Shown: positions 25,182 through 34,969 of the stretch, in pieces | Layout of the letters: the number at the start of each line of letters is the position of its first letter | Position numbering within the stretch: the first letter of the stretch is position 1 | From: a virus | Virus record (IMG/VR): IMGVR_UViG_3300046820_001050 | Span: 1-64,000 of that record | DNA: 64,000 nucleotides | Strand: one strand, 5' to 3' | Position numbers and translations under genes: made by a program | Notes under the pieces: generated by a model | The model's database searches: none | The model's input: only the letters and a program-made list of their open reading frames with translations | Told to the model about the DNA's origin: nothing

Positions 25182-25606
25182 GTATCCATTTTACCATAAT
25201 CTTTTGGCAAAACTTTCTTTAATTCTTTGTAGGCCATAGATATTTTTTTCATTGAGTGGTAGTGTGGATAAGCAGAGCCAACCTCTCCATACTCGTCAAA
25301 GTATGATATCTCAGGCTCAATATCAGTAATAAAACTATTTAATGATTCTTGGACACCCTCAATGTATTGATAGGCCCAGTCTCTAGAATCTGAAACAAAT
25401 TTTAAAAAAGCATCTGAGTCTGTTTCTTTTTTTAATAAATTACGTGCCGATGCTTCAAAGAGTTTTTCGGCCAAAATTGTTTTGTCTATGTGTGCTTGAA
25501 TTAACTCTTTAGATATAAAAGAAAGTTTAAAACTAAACCTAATGTTATTTATTATTAAAGCAAAAAATAGCAATATAAAAACTATAAATGAAATAAACTC
25601 AATCAT
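25178..25606 (-). CDS. membrane-anchored hypothetical protein
   Basis: N-terminal TM segment; FLKFVSDSRDWAYQYIE. Confidence 0.7.
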   Translation of the reverse strand: MIEFISFIVFILLFFALIINNIRFSFKLSFISKELIQAHIDKTILAEKLFEASARNLLKKETDSDAFLKFVSDSRDWAYQYIEGVQESLNSFITDIEPEISYFDEYGEVGSAYPHYHSMKKISMAYKELKKVLPKDYGKMDT

Positions 25607-25839
25607 AGATCTTTGCCCCCTTCTCTTACTAATAAAACAATTGCTCCGTTTTCTTCAAGTGCTTTTTTTGTTCTAATCATGTACTCTACAGCCTCTTTTC
25701 TTTCTTCTCCAGAAAGGCTCATAAATTGCTTTTCACTTGCCTTGACTGTTAAAAAGTTATCATGGTCAAGTATTTGAAGTTGAAAACCTTTTGGCCCTTT
25801 AATAGAATGAAATGCACGTTTCATAGATTCAGTATACAT
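25603..25839 (-). CDS. hypothetical protein
   Basis: coupled ORF. Confidence 0.7.
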   Translation of the reverse strand: MYTESMKRAFHSIKGPKGFQLQILDHDNFLTVKASEKQFMSLSGEERKEAVEYMIRTKKALEENGAIVLLVREGGKDL

Positions 25840-25840
25840 T

Positions 25841-26125
25841 TTATGAATCCACCGTCAATCTTTGCCAAGTATTTGCCCAATCTGATTTAGACTTGTGTTT
25901 TGAAAACTCTTTAGATATTTGTCCACCCTCCAAGTATACACCACCCCAAATTCCCCACTCTTTTTGCGAAACTCCAACTGCAAAACACATTTTTGATACT
26001 GGGCACATTGAGCATAGTTTATCTATTGCTGGTCTTAATAGTTCATCATCTTCGTACTTTTCAAAAAATAAATTTGTATCATAGTCCAAGCACAAAGCAT
26101 CATCTTTCCATTCATGTTTTGGCAT
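25841..26125 (-). CDS. whiB: WhiB family Fe-S transcription factor
   Basis: W...ALC...D..LFF...C..CPV..C...GIWGG. Confidence 0.92.
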   Translation of the reverse strand: MPKHEWKDDALCLDYDTNLFFEKYEDDELLRPAIDKLCSMCPVSKMCFAVGVSQKEWGIWGGVYLEGGQISKEFSKHKSKSDWANTWQRLTVDS

Positions 26126-26126
26126 A

Positions 26127-26336
26127 TTAACTCACAAACTTATCTGGTATATCCCATCCACTCTTAGAAGGCACAAAACGACGTTGCAGATGCCACTTAC
26201 CATCTACAAATGCTCCCTGCTGGGATGTTCTACCCTTCTCAGAAGGATAAGAGTTTATGACTGTCCAACCATCCCAAACCAAAGACTTGTTTTTGTTTAC
26301 AATCTTTTCCATTTGTTCTAATGATTTAATTTGCAT
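26127..26336 (-). CDS. hypothetical protein
   Basis: WDGW...G.W pattern. Confidence 0.7.
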   Translation of the reverse strand: MQIKSLEQMEKIVNKNKSLVWDGWTVINSYPSEKGRTSQQGAFVDGKWHLQRRFVPSKSGWDIPDKFVS

Positions 26337-26350
26337 TGTTATTCTTTCTG

Positions 26351-26701
26351 TTAGTATCTGAAAATGCCGTATTCGACATTATTATTTTTTGCTTCATCAA
26401 CAAGTTTAGAAACCTGTTCTCTTTCTTTACTTAAGAAAGCAAAGTAGTTTATGTCTAGAATATTTTCTGCAACCCAAGAAGGAGGAACAGCCCTATACTT
26501 AATACTTTTACCACGAGCCTTTAGCCCTCGCTCTGAAAGGTTTGCAAACTCCATAGCCATAGAGTTAATGTTTGCAGGCCCTGCAGAATAAATATAAAAA
26601 TATGGATCTTCTTCTTTCAAAGAAGACATTGTAACTGCCATCGCTCTAAGGAAAACCTGGTAGTCGTCAAAACTATTAGTTCCTTGAATCCCCACTATCA
26701 T
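26351..26701 (-). CDS. SLOG-like hypothetical protein
   Basis: IQGT.SFDDY..F pattern. Confidence 0.5.
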   Translation of the reverse strand: MIVGIQGTNSFDDYQVFLRAMAVTMSSLKEEDPYFYIYSAGPANINSMAMEFANLSERGLKARGKSIKYRAVPPSWVAENILDINYFAFLSKEREQVSKLVDEAKNNNVEYGIFRY

Positions 26702-27095
26702 TTTTCTTCCCATCTCTAAGTTGATCCATTATAAAAAGCATTTTATCTAATTGTACCTTATCCATACCCATTGTGTCAACTACAGTTGCACTGTACTTAT
26801 CGATAGCATCACCATTGACATCTGCACAATAGAAACTGCCATCTTTAACAAAGTATGCCTTTTTATCAAATATTACAACCTTGATATTTATTTTTTCATC
26901 GTGTTTACTAGATTGAGTAATAGTTTTTTTCTTGTAGACCTTAAGATCTGGAAGAAGCGGCATTACTAAAGTATGTATATGGCTTTGGCTATATCTAAAA
27001 TTATTTGTTTTATTTTTTAGTGTGCGTGGCAATACTAGCCTTGTCGTAATAAACATGGCTAACATCGTTATAGCAGATCCTAAAAAATATTCCAT
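26676..27095 (-). CDS. membrane-anchored hypothetical protein
   Basis: N-terminal TM segment; GGAG SD. Confidence 0.65.
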   Translation of the reverse strand: MEYFLGSAITMLAMFITTRLVLPRTLKNKTNNFRYSQSHIHTLVMPLLPDLKVYKKKTITQSSKHDEKINIKVVIFDKKAYFVKDGSFYCADVNGDAIDKYSATVVDTMGMDKVQLDKMLFIMDQLRDGKKNDSGDSRN

Positions 27096-27115
27096 ATTTC
27101 TCCAAAACAATTATA

Positions 27116-27454
27116 CTACCTATCTGACGAGATAATTCTTATTATTTCTTTTAAAGTATACTGCTTGTCTTTATTTAGGCTTGCAACGGCTATCTCATCC
27201 AATGCCTTTTGTGTAAGCCTTACTGTTGGATTCTTTTCAGTAATATCCATATCTAGGAAGCCTTCTTGCCATAAAAACATTGTTTCATTTGAAAAATATG
27301 TCGACACTTCTGTATGAAGTTCTGGACTTACATCTATAAGTTTTTCAGTAAAATTGTATACTGGCTCACCAGTATCCATATCTATGCCAGCAATCTCAAG
27401 TGCTCCAGCCAAAATTAATTGATCTATTGCATCATCTTCATCTTTAAAGTTCAT
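27116..27454 (-). CDS. hypothetical protein, paralog of upstream gene
   Basis: L.L.GA.E..GID..TGE..Y..T.K...VSPE shared with 27451-27681. Confidence 0.7.
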   Translation of the reverse strand: MNFKDEDDAIDQLILAGALEIAGIDMDTGEPVYNFTEKLIDVSPELHTEVSTYFSNETMFLWQEGFLDMDITEKNPTVRLTQKALDEIAVASLNKDKQYTLKEIIRIISSDR

Positions 27455-27681
27455 AAGCGAATCCTCCATGTCATCCTTGTAGGACCCTGATCAATTAATT
27501 GAAACATGTGATGCTCGTACTGATCTTTTAGTTCTTTATAGATTTCTGGACTTACTTCTTTCATTTTGTCTGTAATCATATACATCATTTCACCAGTGAT
27601 ATCATCAATACCCTGAAATTCTACAGCACCTTGAAGCATCAAATGCTCAAGCATTGCCTGACTTTTTAGGTCATGACTCAT
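27451..27681 (-). CDS. hypothetical protein, paralog of downstream gene
   Basis: same shared motif; ATGA overlap. Confidence 0.7.
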   Translation of the reverse strand: MSHDLKSQAMLEHLMLQGAVEFQGIDDITGEMMYMITDKMKEVSPEIYKELKDQYEHHMFQLIDQGPTRMTWRIRL

Positions 27682-28319
27682 TTTACAGGCACCACCAAAA
27701 TCTTTTGCTTCTTGCAAGATTTTAGGTTTGACTCTATTGCAGACTTCTCTACCTTATCTACTGTCAAAGACCATCGAACCTTAACAGATACCCATGTTGT
27801 TAGATACTCACAGGTATATGCTTTATTGGTAGGTAGCCACTCTGCTGGATCACGATCAGATTTAGATCTATTAGATCCCCCAGTTACCGCAATTAGGTGT
27901 CGTGGATCCGTTTGGTCATTAGCATACATCTCACGCTTTTCTGCAGTCCATGATGATGCGCCTGAATCCCAGGATTCTGCAAGTGGAACAAAATGATCTA
28001 CATCCAACTTTCCTGCTTCTGTAACTACAACATTATCGTAAATACTTAGCCATTCGCCACCCTTGATTACGCAACCTTTTTCAATGGTTGGTTTCTTTAC
28101 GGCTTCGGATATAATGACTGCCTTGCGAGAGTCACATCCATTACCTGCTCCAGTCCAGTGCTTAAACTTTGTGCGTACATATCCTGTGCGTGATTCATCT
28201 GCAACCTTAAGAGTATTAAGTGCTGTGATCTGATCCCTATAAACAACTGGTCCTGCTGCTTGGGCTGTTCCCCCAATAAGTGCAACACTGATGATTGCAG
28301 ATGTTAACATTTTTTTCAT
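27678..28319 (-). CDS. secreted HNH-fold nuclease (DUF1524 family)
   Basis: signal peptide; GY.R..F.HW...DVDH.VPLAE.W.SGA..W...AND...N.SKSD.DPAEWLP. Confidence 0.88.
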   Translation of the reverse strand: MKKMLTSAIISVALIGGTAQAAGPVVYRDQITALNTLKVADESRTGYVRTKFKHWTGAGNGCDSRKAVIISEAVKKPTIEKGCVIKGGEWLSIYDNVVVTEAGKLDVDHFVPLAESWDSGASSWTAEKREMYANDQTDPRHLIAVTGGSNRSKSDRDPAEWLPTNKAYTCEYLTTWVSVKVRWSLTVDKVEKSAIESNLKSCKKQKILVVPVK

Positions 28320-28522
28320 TATTTTCTCCCCCATTGGATATAGTTCCATCCACGCTCATGTGCGTAGTATAGAATAAAGTTAATTGTATTTGTTAGTACC
28401 GTGACTTGCAGCGCCTGCACTTCTTCTCCAGTGATCCACAAAGCAGAAACAAATGTGGTTATTAGTGCAAACACTCTCCACGTTAAGGACTTAATTAGTG
28501 ATCTTGACTTAGAAACTATCAT
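28319..28522 (-). CDS. DUF2061 membrane protein
   Basis: RSLIKSLTWR...YY.HER.W..I.WG. Confidence 0.85.
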   Translation of the reverse strand: MIVSKSRSLIKSLTWRVFALITTFVSALWITGEEVQALQVTVLTNTINFILYYAHERGWNYIQWGRK

Positions 28523-28794
28523 GGCAGCAGTTCTGGCCCTGGTCCTGTTTGAATTTTTGCACGAGTACCCTGCCAATAAATCTTTCCGTCGCAGGCAATG
28601 TTCATCTTTTGATCACCATTGGCAATACTTGATTCTCCGTACACATAACCATGAATTTCAATATGGCTTGCAAGCGTTTCCTCGCCATCAACTATTACAC
28701 GCCAATGCAAATCTCCATCGCCAACCTTAGTGTTGTATCTTACTTGTATATGTTGATTTGGTTTAAAGAACCACTTCTTAAACTTATCTATCAT
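28519..28794 (-). CDS. hypothetical protein
   Basis: VRYNTK...WRV..DG.E pattern; coupled. Confidence 0.7.
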   Translation of the reverse strand: MIDKFKKWFFKPNQHIQVRYNTKVGDGDLHWRVIVDGEETLASHIEIHGYVYGESSIANGDQKMNIACDGKIYWQGTRAKIQTGPGPELLP

Positions 28795-29552
28795 ATACCC
28801 ATTTCCTTACGCTTTTGCGTAGCAGAAATAGCATGAATCTCTGCCCCCAAATCTACTTGCTCAATCTTATATCCAACATCACGACCATAAACAATGTTGG
28901 TAATGTTTGGCAGTCTTAGTACTAATGCACCATCCATAAACTCATCCTTGGCAATATATTCTTTTACCTGATCAAACTTAAGGGGATCCTTTTCGCTTGT
29001 GTTGTATGTGTTGCGTACACCAAGTAGTACCTGATCAGTTCTCTTTCCAGCCTCTTTGTAAAGGGCATGGTGGCCTTCGTGCCATGGCTGGTAACGACCA
29101 AGCATCAGGGTTGTAGGTGCAGACCAATCATGCAATCCAAACTTTTCAATTATGTGAGATGACTTTGCTTCTGCATCCAAGTTGTGACTAATAAAAGATA
29201 CATCAAAATCTGTTGGTCGTTCAAACATTTTGTTGGTATCTTCAAATCGTCCTTCCGCTAAAGTGTCCATGAATACAAGTACATCTGGCTTACCAAATGC
29301 TGCACGAGTTATTTCAGTTGGGCATACAAAATCAACTATGACGGGAGCAACGCCCTGCTTGGCAATAATTCTAGCCATGTCTCCCATACGTCTTGCCTGC
29401 TCGATTCTATCTTCAGGGCTAAAGCCTAAGTCTGAGTTTACTGTTGCACGAACCTCATCTGCATTAAGATGAATGGCATTAATCCGTTCCTTTAGTGCCT
29501 TTGCTAGTTCTGTTTTTCCAGAACCTGGCAATCCTATAATCTGAATTATCAT
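28791..29552 (-). CDS. adenylyl-sulfate kinase-like domain fused to an HxGH nucleotidyltransferase domain
   Basis: GLPGSGKT, NADEVR...DLGFS.EDR, FVCP; then LGRYQPWHEGH...ISAT. Confidence 0.8.
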   Translation of the reverse strand: MIIQIIGLPGSGKTELAKALKERINAIHLNADEVRATVNSDLGFSPEDRIEQARRMGDMARIIAKQGVAPVIVDFVCPTEITRAAFGKPDVLVFMDTLAEGRFEDTNKMFERPTDFDVSFISHNLDAEAKSSHIIEKFGLHDWSAPTTLMLGRYQPWHEGHHALYKEAGKRTDQVLLGVRNTYNTSEKDPLKFDQVKEYIAKDEFMDGALVLRLPNITNIVYGRDVGYKIEQVDLGAEIHAISATQKRKEMGI

Positions 29553-29806
29553 TAGTATGATTCTCCCTTTGCCCTATTCTCAACAAGTTTTTCTCGCTCA
29601 TCTGTTACTGTTATTGCAAACTTCATCATCTTGCTGTACCCTGATGGATTTGACATAATCCTGTTATAGTGATGACCACAAAACATAAGGTCACCATTTA
29701 GTCCAGTAACCTGAACCAAGGCTTCTGCAGCACAAGAATCACACCTATCTGTAGCCTTTAGAACCCACTCTTTTACCTCTTCTGCAGTATTAATCATAGT
29801 CTTCAT
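29552..29806 (-). CDS. zinc-binding protein
   Basis: DRCDSCAAEA...FCGHH...DERE. Confidence 0.7.
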   Translation of the reverse strand: MKTMINTAEEVKEWVLKATDRCDSCAAEALVQVTGLNGDLMFCGHHYNRIMSNPSGYSKMMKFAITVTDEREKLVENRAKGESY

Positions 29807-29880
29807 AGTATACTCCTAATTATTAGTTTTTGTAATATATATAAATTATACACCAATACAACTACACTGTCAACATTGAA

Positions 29881-30495
29881 CTACACATAGGCTAGTCTTG
29901 ATGCTTCTTCAGCAATTGTAAATGTCATCCTAGATCTTTCATCTGCCTCTATCTCATGATAATCTTCGTATATCATTCCGTTATTATAGTATCTATAATA
30001 AGTTCTTCTAAAATGAAAATTACAATAAAAAATACTTTTTGAAATGTTGTTCCAATCTTCTATAAAAGTAAAAGTTACTTTTCCAACAGGAATTTTGATA
30101 GGCTTAACCTTTATCGTTGCCTCAGCAGTACAACCAGTACTTGGGTTAAAAGAATTAATTAGTGAGCACTTGTGACCAAGTGTTTCTGTAGTCGTTACAT
30201 TTTTTGCAAAGGTCTCTTTTACTCTTTCTCGTTCATCTATTATGAACTGTTGTACTTCTTTCCAAGTTCTGCCAGGATTTAGATACCCTTCTCGTGTCAT
30301 ATATATTTCATAGTGGTAATGATAGTCACATAAAAATTTTTTACCATGCGTTCCCTCTATGTAAACAAAAGCAGGAGCAGTACAGGATACATTGCAGTTG
30401 TCTTTAGCGTTGAAATCTTTTAATACTGATGGTGAGAAAATCATTTTTGCATCAAACGCTTGACAAATTTGTTCTTCTGGTATTTTTGTTATCAT
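29881..30495 (-). CDS. protein with two copies of the adjacent zinc-binding domain
   Basis: CTAPA...LCDYH...DERE and CTAEA...YCNFH...DERS. Confidence 0.6.
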   Translation of the reverse strand: MITKIPEEQICQAFDAKMIFSPSVLKDFNAKDNCNVSCTAPAFVYIEGTHGKKFLCDYHYHYEIYMTREGYLNPGRTWKEVQQFIIDERERVKETFAKNVTTTETLGHKCSLINSFNPSTGCTAEATIKVKPIKIPVGKVTFTFIEDWNNISKSIFYCNFHFRRTYYRYYNNGMIYEDYHEIEADERSRMTFTIAEEASRLAYV

Positions 30496-30677
30496 TTTTT
30501 TCTGTTGTCAGTAGAATAAAATCCACTACCGTTAAACACTGCTCCTACATTAGAGTATACACGAACCAGCGGTAGAGTGCAAAACTCACACTCATACCCT
30601 GGATCGGCATCTTTTATACTACGAACTTTAGTATAGTCTTTATTGCATGACTCACATATATATTCGTAGGCTGGCAT
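30492..30677 (-). CDS. FmdB-family zinc ribbon protein
   Basis: MPAYEY.C..C...C..C...F.GSGFYSTD. Confidence 0.85.
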   Translation of the reverse strand: MPAYEYICESCNKDYTKVRSIKDADPGYECEFCTLPLVRVYSNVGAVFNGSGFYSTDNRKK

Positions 30678-30783
30678 TACTTCTTTTTCTTTTCTTTTAC
30701 TGTCCAGATAGGGGCATTAAGTTTGTCCCCGCCCCATTCATAACCAAGTAGTCTTACTACCGCTCTAATTATTTTAATACGCA

Positions 30784-31002
30784 TTACTTGATACCTTTCC
30801 CGAACTTTGCCCAAACTCTTTCATGCAAGAAATATCCAAGTGCTTCCCAAGCAATATATCCAAGGGCACCAAGAGTCGCATACTCATACTCAACCTGACC
30901 AGTTAAAGCATATGTAACTATTGCAATAATTCCAGCAACACCAATAAGATGAAATGTTTCCCAACTTAATGTCTTAAGCAGTGTTCTTTTAGTTGATTCC
31001 AT
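30784..31002 (-). CDS. DUF2061 membrane protein (second copy)
   Basis: KRTLLKTLSW...YFLHERVW. Confidence 0.75.
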   Translation of the reverse strand: MESTKRTLLKTLSWETFHLIGVAGIIAIVTYALTGQVEYEYATLGALGYIAWEALGYFLHERVWAKFGKGIK

Positions 31003-31641
31003 TTATGCTACCTGATTTGACTTTCCGCCACCTGATGACTTCTTGGCTGCTGGCTTTGCAGCAGCCTTCTTTGGTGCAGGTGTTGATGTTGTTGCAGATG
31101 CTACAACCTTGTTTAGTAGTGGAGCATTCTCTTCACCAGCATACACTGGACGACCCCAACCAACAACAGCGTTAACCAACTTCTTTTTATTATTCTTTAC
31201 ATAACCACGAGTCTTCTCAACGCACATTCCTCCATTGCGCTGATCTCCCTTTGCAGTTCCCGAAGTATTTCCTTCAATAACCTGAATTGTTCCATCTCCA
31301 TTGTTCTTAATGCAAAGACCAACATGCGAAATACGATTTACACCGTCTTCTGGAAAATCAAAATAGATCCAGTCTCCTGGAGTTGGATCATCGTTACGAG
31401 CATCTGACCAACGCTCAGCCTTCTTGAACCATTCTGCTGCTGCAACTGTTGATGCAGTCTTTGGGAATGACTTTACTCCCGCAGTAAATGCTGACCAAGA
31501 AACAAATGACTGGCACCATGGTTGGAAGTTTACCTTGATCCATGCACCGTACTTTGTTTCGTTATCCTTTGGGCCTTCAATTGTGCCCACTTCCTTCTTT
31601 GCAACCTCAATGATTGCTTCTAGACTACCTTTTGCTGCCAT
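31003..31641 (-). CDS. CHAP-domain endolysin
   Basis: PWCQSFVSW...PGD.IYF...HVGL...IEGNT; SD AGGAGG. Confidence 0.88.
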   Translation of the reverse strand: MAAKGSLEAIIEVAKKEVGTIEGPKDNETKYGAWIKVNFQPWCQSFVSWSAFTAGVKSFPKTASTVAAAEWFKKAERWSDARNDDPTPGDWIYFDFPEDGVNRISHVGLCIKNNGDGTIQVIEGNTSGTAKGDQRNGGMCVEKTRGYVKNNKKKLVNAVVGWGRPVYAGEENAPLLNKVVASATTSTPAPKKAAAKPAAKKSSGGGKSNQVA

Positions 31642-31669
31642 TGTATTTCCTCCTATATTCATTATATCA

Positions 31670-32587
31670 TTATTCATTCTTTGTGTCAACTAGACCCAAA
31701 AGACCCTGTGCCCACCTGTAGTGATAGTAATAGCCATGGTGACTATCTCTTTTATTAAGTAATGTTTTCATTTTATAAGCATCTTCAATAAAAAAATCTC
31801 TACTTTCTAAAATAATTTCAGTCATAGTTGGTAAAGTTACAAAATTTTTAAAGACATTTAATGACTTATAATTATCGTGATCAGGTTCTGACCAGGTTGA
31901 CCAGACAAGTTTTATATTGTTAGAGATGCAATATTCTTCAAACAACTTTACCAAAATTATAAATGGCGGTATCATAGATCTTTGATCTTCTATTGTTTGC
32001 CTTGTTCTTTTTGTTCCATCTTTTTCTATAACATCATTCTTAGCCCAAAACGGAGTATACAGAACATGTCTGTATCGTTCAAAATCTTTTTCATCATCAA
32101 ACCATCTAAATTTTCTTCCAATATTTGGCAACAGCATATAAATTTTATCTGGTTTTCCGTATTTATTAATATACTCTATTACGTTTGGTATGATGGCTTC
32201 GTGTCCCCAACCAGCCCTTGATAAATTAAAAAATCCAGACAACTTTGTTTTTTTAGAAAGTTCTGTATAAATAATATGTGACCAAGCAGCATCTATGTTA
32301 CCACCGACACCTTCTCCCTCTGAGCAACCAGTGAACAAAACATGTTCTCCGTCATGACTTTCTATAAATTCGTCAGACCTAAAACCCATGGAGTTAAAGT
32401 AGTATCTTACATCATTATCATTCTCAAACCCAGAATACATTTTTTCTCCGCTGACCTGAAACTCTTCTTCTGGCAATCTATGCTGTGTGTCCATCTTATT
32501 AAAAAATGTTGCATGATTGTTCCACTCATCCTTTACTGGCTTCATCAAATAGTCAGTTACGTCTTTTTGCATAAAATATTTTCTCAT
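31670..32587 (-). CDS. SGNH-hydrolase-like protein
   Basis: NSMGFRSDEF...GCS..EG.G...W...NLS..G...RD.HHG. Confidence 0.7.
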   Translation of the reverse strand: MRKYFMQKDVTDYLMKPVKDEWNNHATFFNKMDTQHRLPEEEFQVSGEKMYSGFENDNDVRYYFNSMGFRSDEFIESHDGEHVLFTGCSEGEGVGGNIDAAWSHIIYTELSKKTKLSGFFNLSRAGWGHEAIIPNVIEYINKYGKPDKIYMLLPNIGRKFRWFDDEKDFERYRHVLYTPFWAKNDVIEKDGTKRTRQTIEDQRSMIPPFIILVKLFEEYCISNNIKLVWSTWSEPDHDNYKSLNVFKNFVTLPTMTEIILESRDFFIEDAYKMKTLLNKRDSHHGYYYHYRWAQGLLGLVDTKNE

Positions 32588-32638
32588 ACACTAGCCTATA
32601 TTTTTAATTATAGACATTCCTTTCTTTTATTCATTATA

Positions 32639-33532
32639 TCATGCTTTGTCTTTGTGGTAAGTTTGATCTAAAAATCTTTTTGACCAAATGTGGTGGTATA
32701 GATACCCATGATGTCCGTCTCTTTTTTTAAGTAAATACTTTTTCTTTGATTCATCATTTGTTACAAAGGTTTTGCTTTCTAAAAAAACATCCCCGTCGTC
32801 TGGAAGTGTAATAAAACTATTAAACACATTTAAATTTTTATAGTTTTTCCCATCTTCTTGTGACCATGTTGCCCATCGCAAGTCTATGCTATTGGATATA
32901 CAATACTCTTCAAATAGTTTTACCAAAATTATAAATGATGGAATCATATTCCTTTGATGCTCTATGGTCTGTCTTTTTCTATTTTCTCCATTGAGTTCTT
33001 TTAAGTCTTTTTTTGACCAGTGTGGCGTTAGTTGTATATGTCGATATTTTTCTAAGTTTTCTGACTGCCCAACATACTCAAATATTCTTGAAAGATTTGG
33101 CAACAGCATGTAAATCTTATCTGGTTTGCCATACATATTAATATATTGAATAATGTTTGCTATTATTATTTCATTTCCCCATCCGCCTCTTGAGAGATTA
33201 AAGAATCCAGATAGTTTTTCTGTTTTACAAAGTTCTGTGTAAACCATATGTGGCCAGGAAAATTCTAAATTACCACCAAAGCCTTCTGTCTCTGAGCAAC
33301 CAGCAAATAGAACGTGTGTACGTTTGTGTGTTTTTGTAAACTCATCTGAGCGAAAGCCTAAAGAGTTAAAGGAATAACGTACGCTATCGTCTCCTTCAAA
33401 TTCTGGCAATATTGTTTCACCGTTGATTAAAAACTCTTCCTCTTTTGATCTTTTAAAATCATCTATTTCATTAAAGAACAGTGCCTTCATGTTTACAGAT
33501 TTTGCAATTTTTTTCATTAAATATTCTTGCAT
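32639..33532 (-). CDS. SGNH-hydrolase-like protein (tandem paralog)
   Basis: same motifs; long stretches shared with 31670-32587. Confidence 0.7.
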   Translation of the reverse strand: MQEYLMKKIAKSVNMKALFFNEIDDFKRSKEEEFLINGETILPEFEGDDSVRYSFNSLGFRSDEFTKTHKRTHVLFAGCSETEGFGGNLEFSWPHMVYTELCKTEKLSGFFNLSRGGWGNEIIIANIIQYINMYGKPDKIYMLLPNLSRIFEYVGQSENLEKYRHIQLTPHWSKKDLKELNGENRKRQTIEHQRNMIPSFIILVKLFEEYCISNSIDLRWATWSQEDGKNYKNLNVFNSFITLPDDGDVFLESKTFVTNDESKKKYLLKKRDGHHGYLYHHIWSKRFLDQTYHKDKA

Positions 33533-33535
33533 ACG

Positions 33536-34969
33536 CTACCCTATAATTTTTGTATTATAGGTATCCTCCCAAGCAACAATATCTATCTCATCATTTAAAA
33601 GTGGTTGTCCTTTAATGTTTAGGCTTGTATTTAATAAAACTGGAACACCAGTTTCAAGATAAAATTTATTTAAAACCCTGTATAGTCCACGATGCTGTTC
33701 TCTATTTACAGTTTGCACTCTTGATGTTCCGTCAGCATGAACCACAGAAGGTATCTTTTCTGGCTGTAGGCATTTAACTGTATACTGCATGTAGGGGCTT
33801 GTAAAGTCCATATCAAACCACTTAGATGCACACTCCTCCATAACTACTGGAGCAAACGGTCTAAACAACTCTCTTTGTTTAATTAAATTAACTTTGTCTT
33901 TAATATTGGGATCTCTTGGATCAGCAAGAATACTTCTATTTCCCAATGCTCTTGGACCGTACTCTGCTCTACCTGCTGCTACTGCTACTATTCCATCCTT
34001 TAATATACCCTCCACAATTTGCTGAACTGGATACTCTCCACCAAGGTCATAACCAAGATATGGGGTCTTCCAGTTAAGGTGCTTTCCGTATAGTGCTGCA
34101 GCAGCCCCTAAAGAACTGCCAGCATCTCCAGGGTTTGGCATAATCCAAATCATATCAAAGATGTTCCATAGCGTCGTGTTTGCTGAAGAATTAAGAGCAC
34201 ACCCACCCATAAACACTAAGTTATTTTTGCCAGTTAAATCTTTAGCCATTTTCATAAACTCTGCAAGCCTTAGTTCATAAACATATTGTACTGCTGCCGC
34301 TATGTCAAACTTATCCTGCTCTGTGATTGGTTCATTCCAGTCAATGATGCCTTTATGAAAATTGTATTTTTGCATATCATGTCTAAGAAAGTAGTTAGAT
34401 ACTTTGGCTGAATACCTTTCTGGATTTCCATAGGCTGCCATTCCCATCATAATGTACTCTTCTTGGTTAGGCATTAAGCCTATTAATTGAGTAAATGCTG
34501 AGTAAAATAGCCCAAAAGATACTGGATAGTTTTTTTTGTACTTTAACCTTATCTTTTCACCTTCACCAACCCAAATTGTAGATGTATTAAATTCACCAAT
34601 TGCATCTAATACCACGATACAAGCATCATTAAATGCGCTTGTGTAGTATCCTGCTGCAGCATGAGAATAGTGATGACCAAAGTTTTTTCTTGGAAGATCA
34701 TCTAATTCTGTACCTTCAAACCATGGAGTACCTCCACCAAAACCACCCCTAGTCTTTACTCTAAGTTTTTTAAGCAAAGGCTTTTCATAGTATGCAATTT
34801 GGTCTGGATATCCGTACTGAAGAGCATCTTTAATAAGTTCTCTGTTTGTAAACCAGTCATTTTTTTGCTTACTATATCTTTCTGCATGCCCTGCAAAAAG
34901 TATCTCACCATTTTTTATTAGGGATACTGAAGCATCATGGGTGGTTTCATTTATACCAAGAATTATCAT
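33536..34969 (-). CDS. carbamoyltransferase (NodU/CmcH family)
   Basis: HDAS, ERYS..K, HHYSHAA, DAIGE, GGCALN, GDAGSSLGAA, EYGPRALGNRS, RPFAP, HADGTSRVQTV, NTSLN. Confidence 0.95.
   Translation of the reverse strand: MIILGINETTHDASVSLIKNGEILFAGHAERYSKQKNDWFTNRELIKDALQYGYPDQIAYYEKPLLKKLRVKTRGGFGGGTPWFEGTELDDLPRKNFGHHYSHAAAGYYTSAFNDACIVVLDAIGEFNTSTIWVGEGEKIRLKYKKNYPVSFGLFYSAFTQLIGLMPNQEEYIMMGMAAYGNPERYSAKVSNYFLRHDMQKYNFHKGIIDWNEPITEQDKFDIAAAVQYVYELRLAEFMKMAKDLTGKNNLVFMGGCALNSSANTTLWNIFDMIWIMPNPGDAGSSLGAAAALYGKHLNWKTPYLGYDLGGEYPVQQIVEGILKDGIVAVAAGRAEYGPRALGNRSILADPRDPNIKDKVNLIKQRELFRPFAPVVMEECASKWFDMDFTSPYMQYTVKCLQPEKIPSVVHADGTSRVQTVNREQHRGLYRVLNKFYLETGVPVLLNTSLNIKGQPLLNDEIDIVAWEDTYNTKIIG

Noticed and set aside
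25263-25271. Perfect DnaA box
   Set aside because: Isolated and inside a CDS; compatible with chance.
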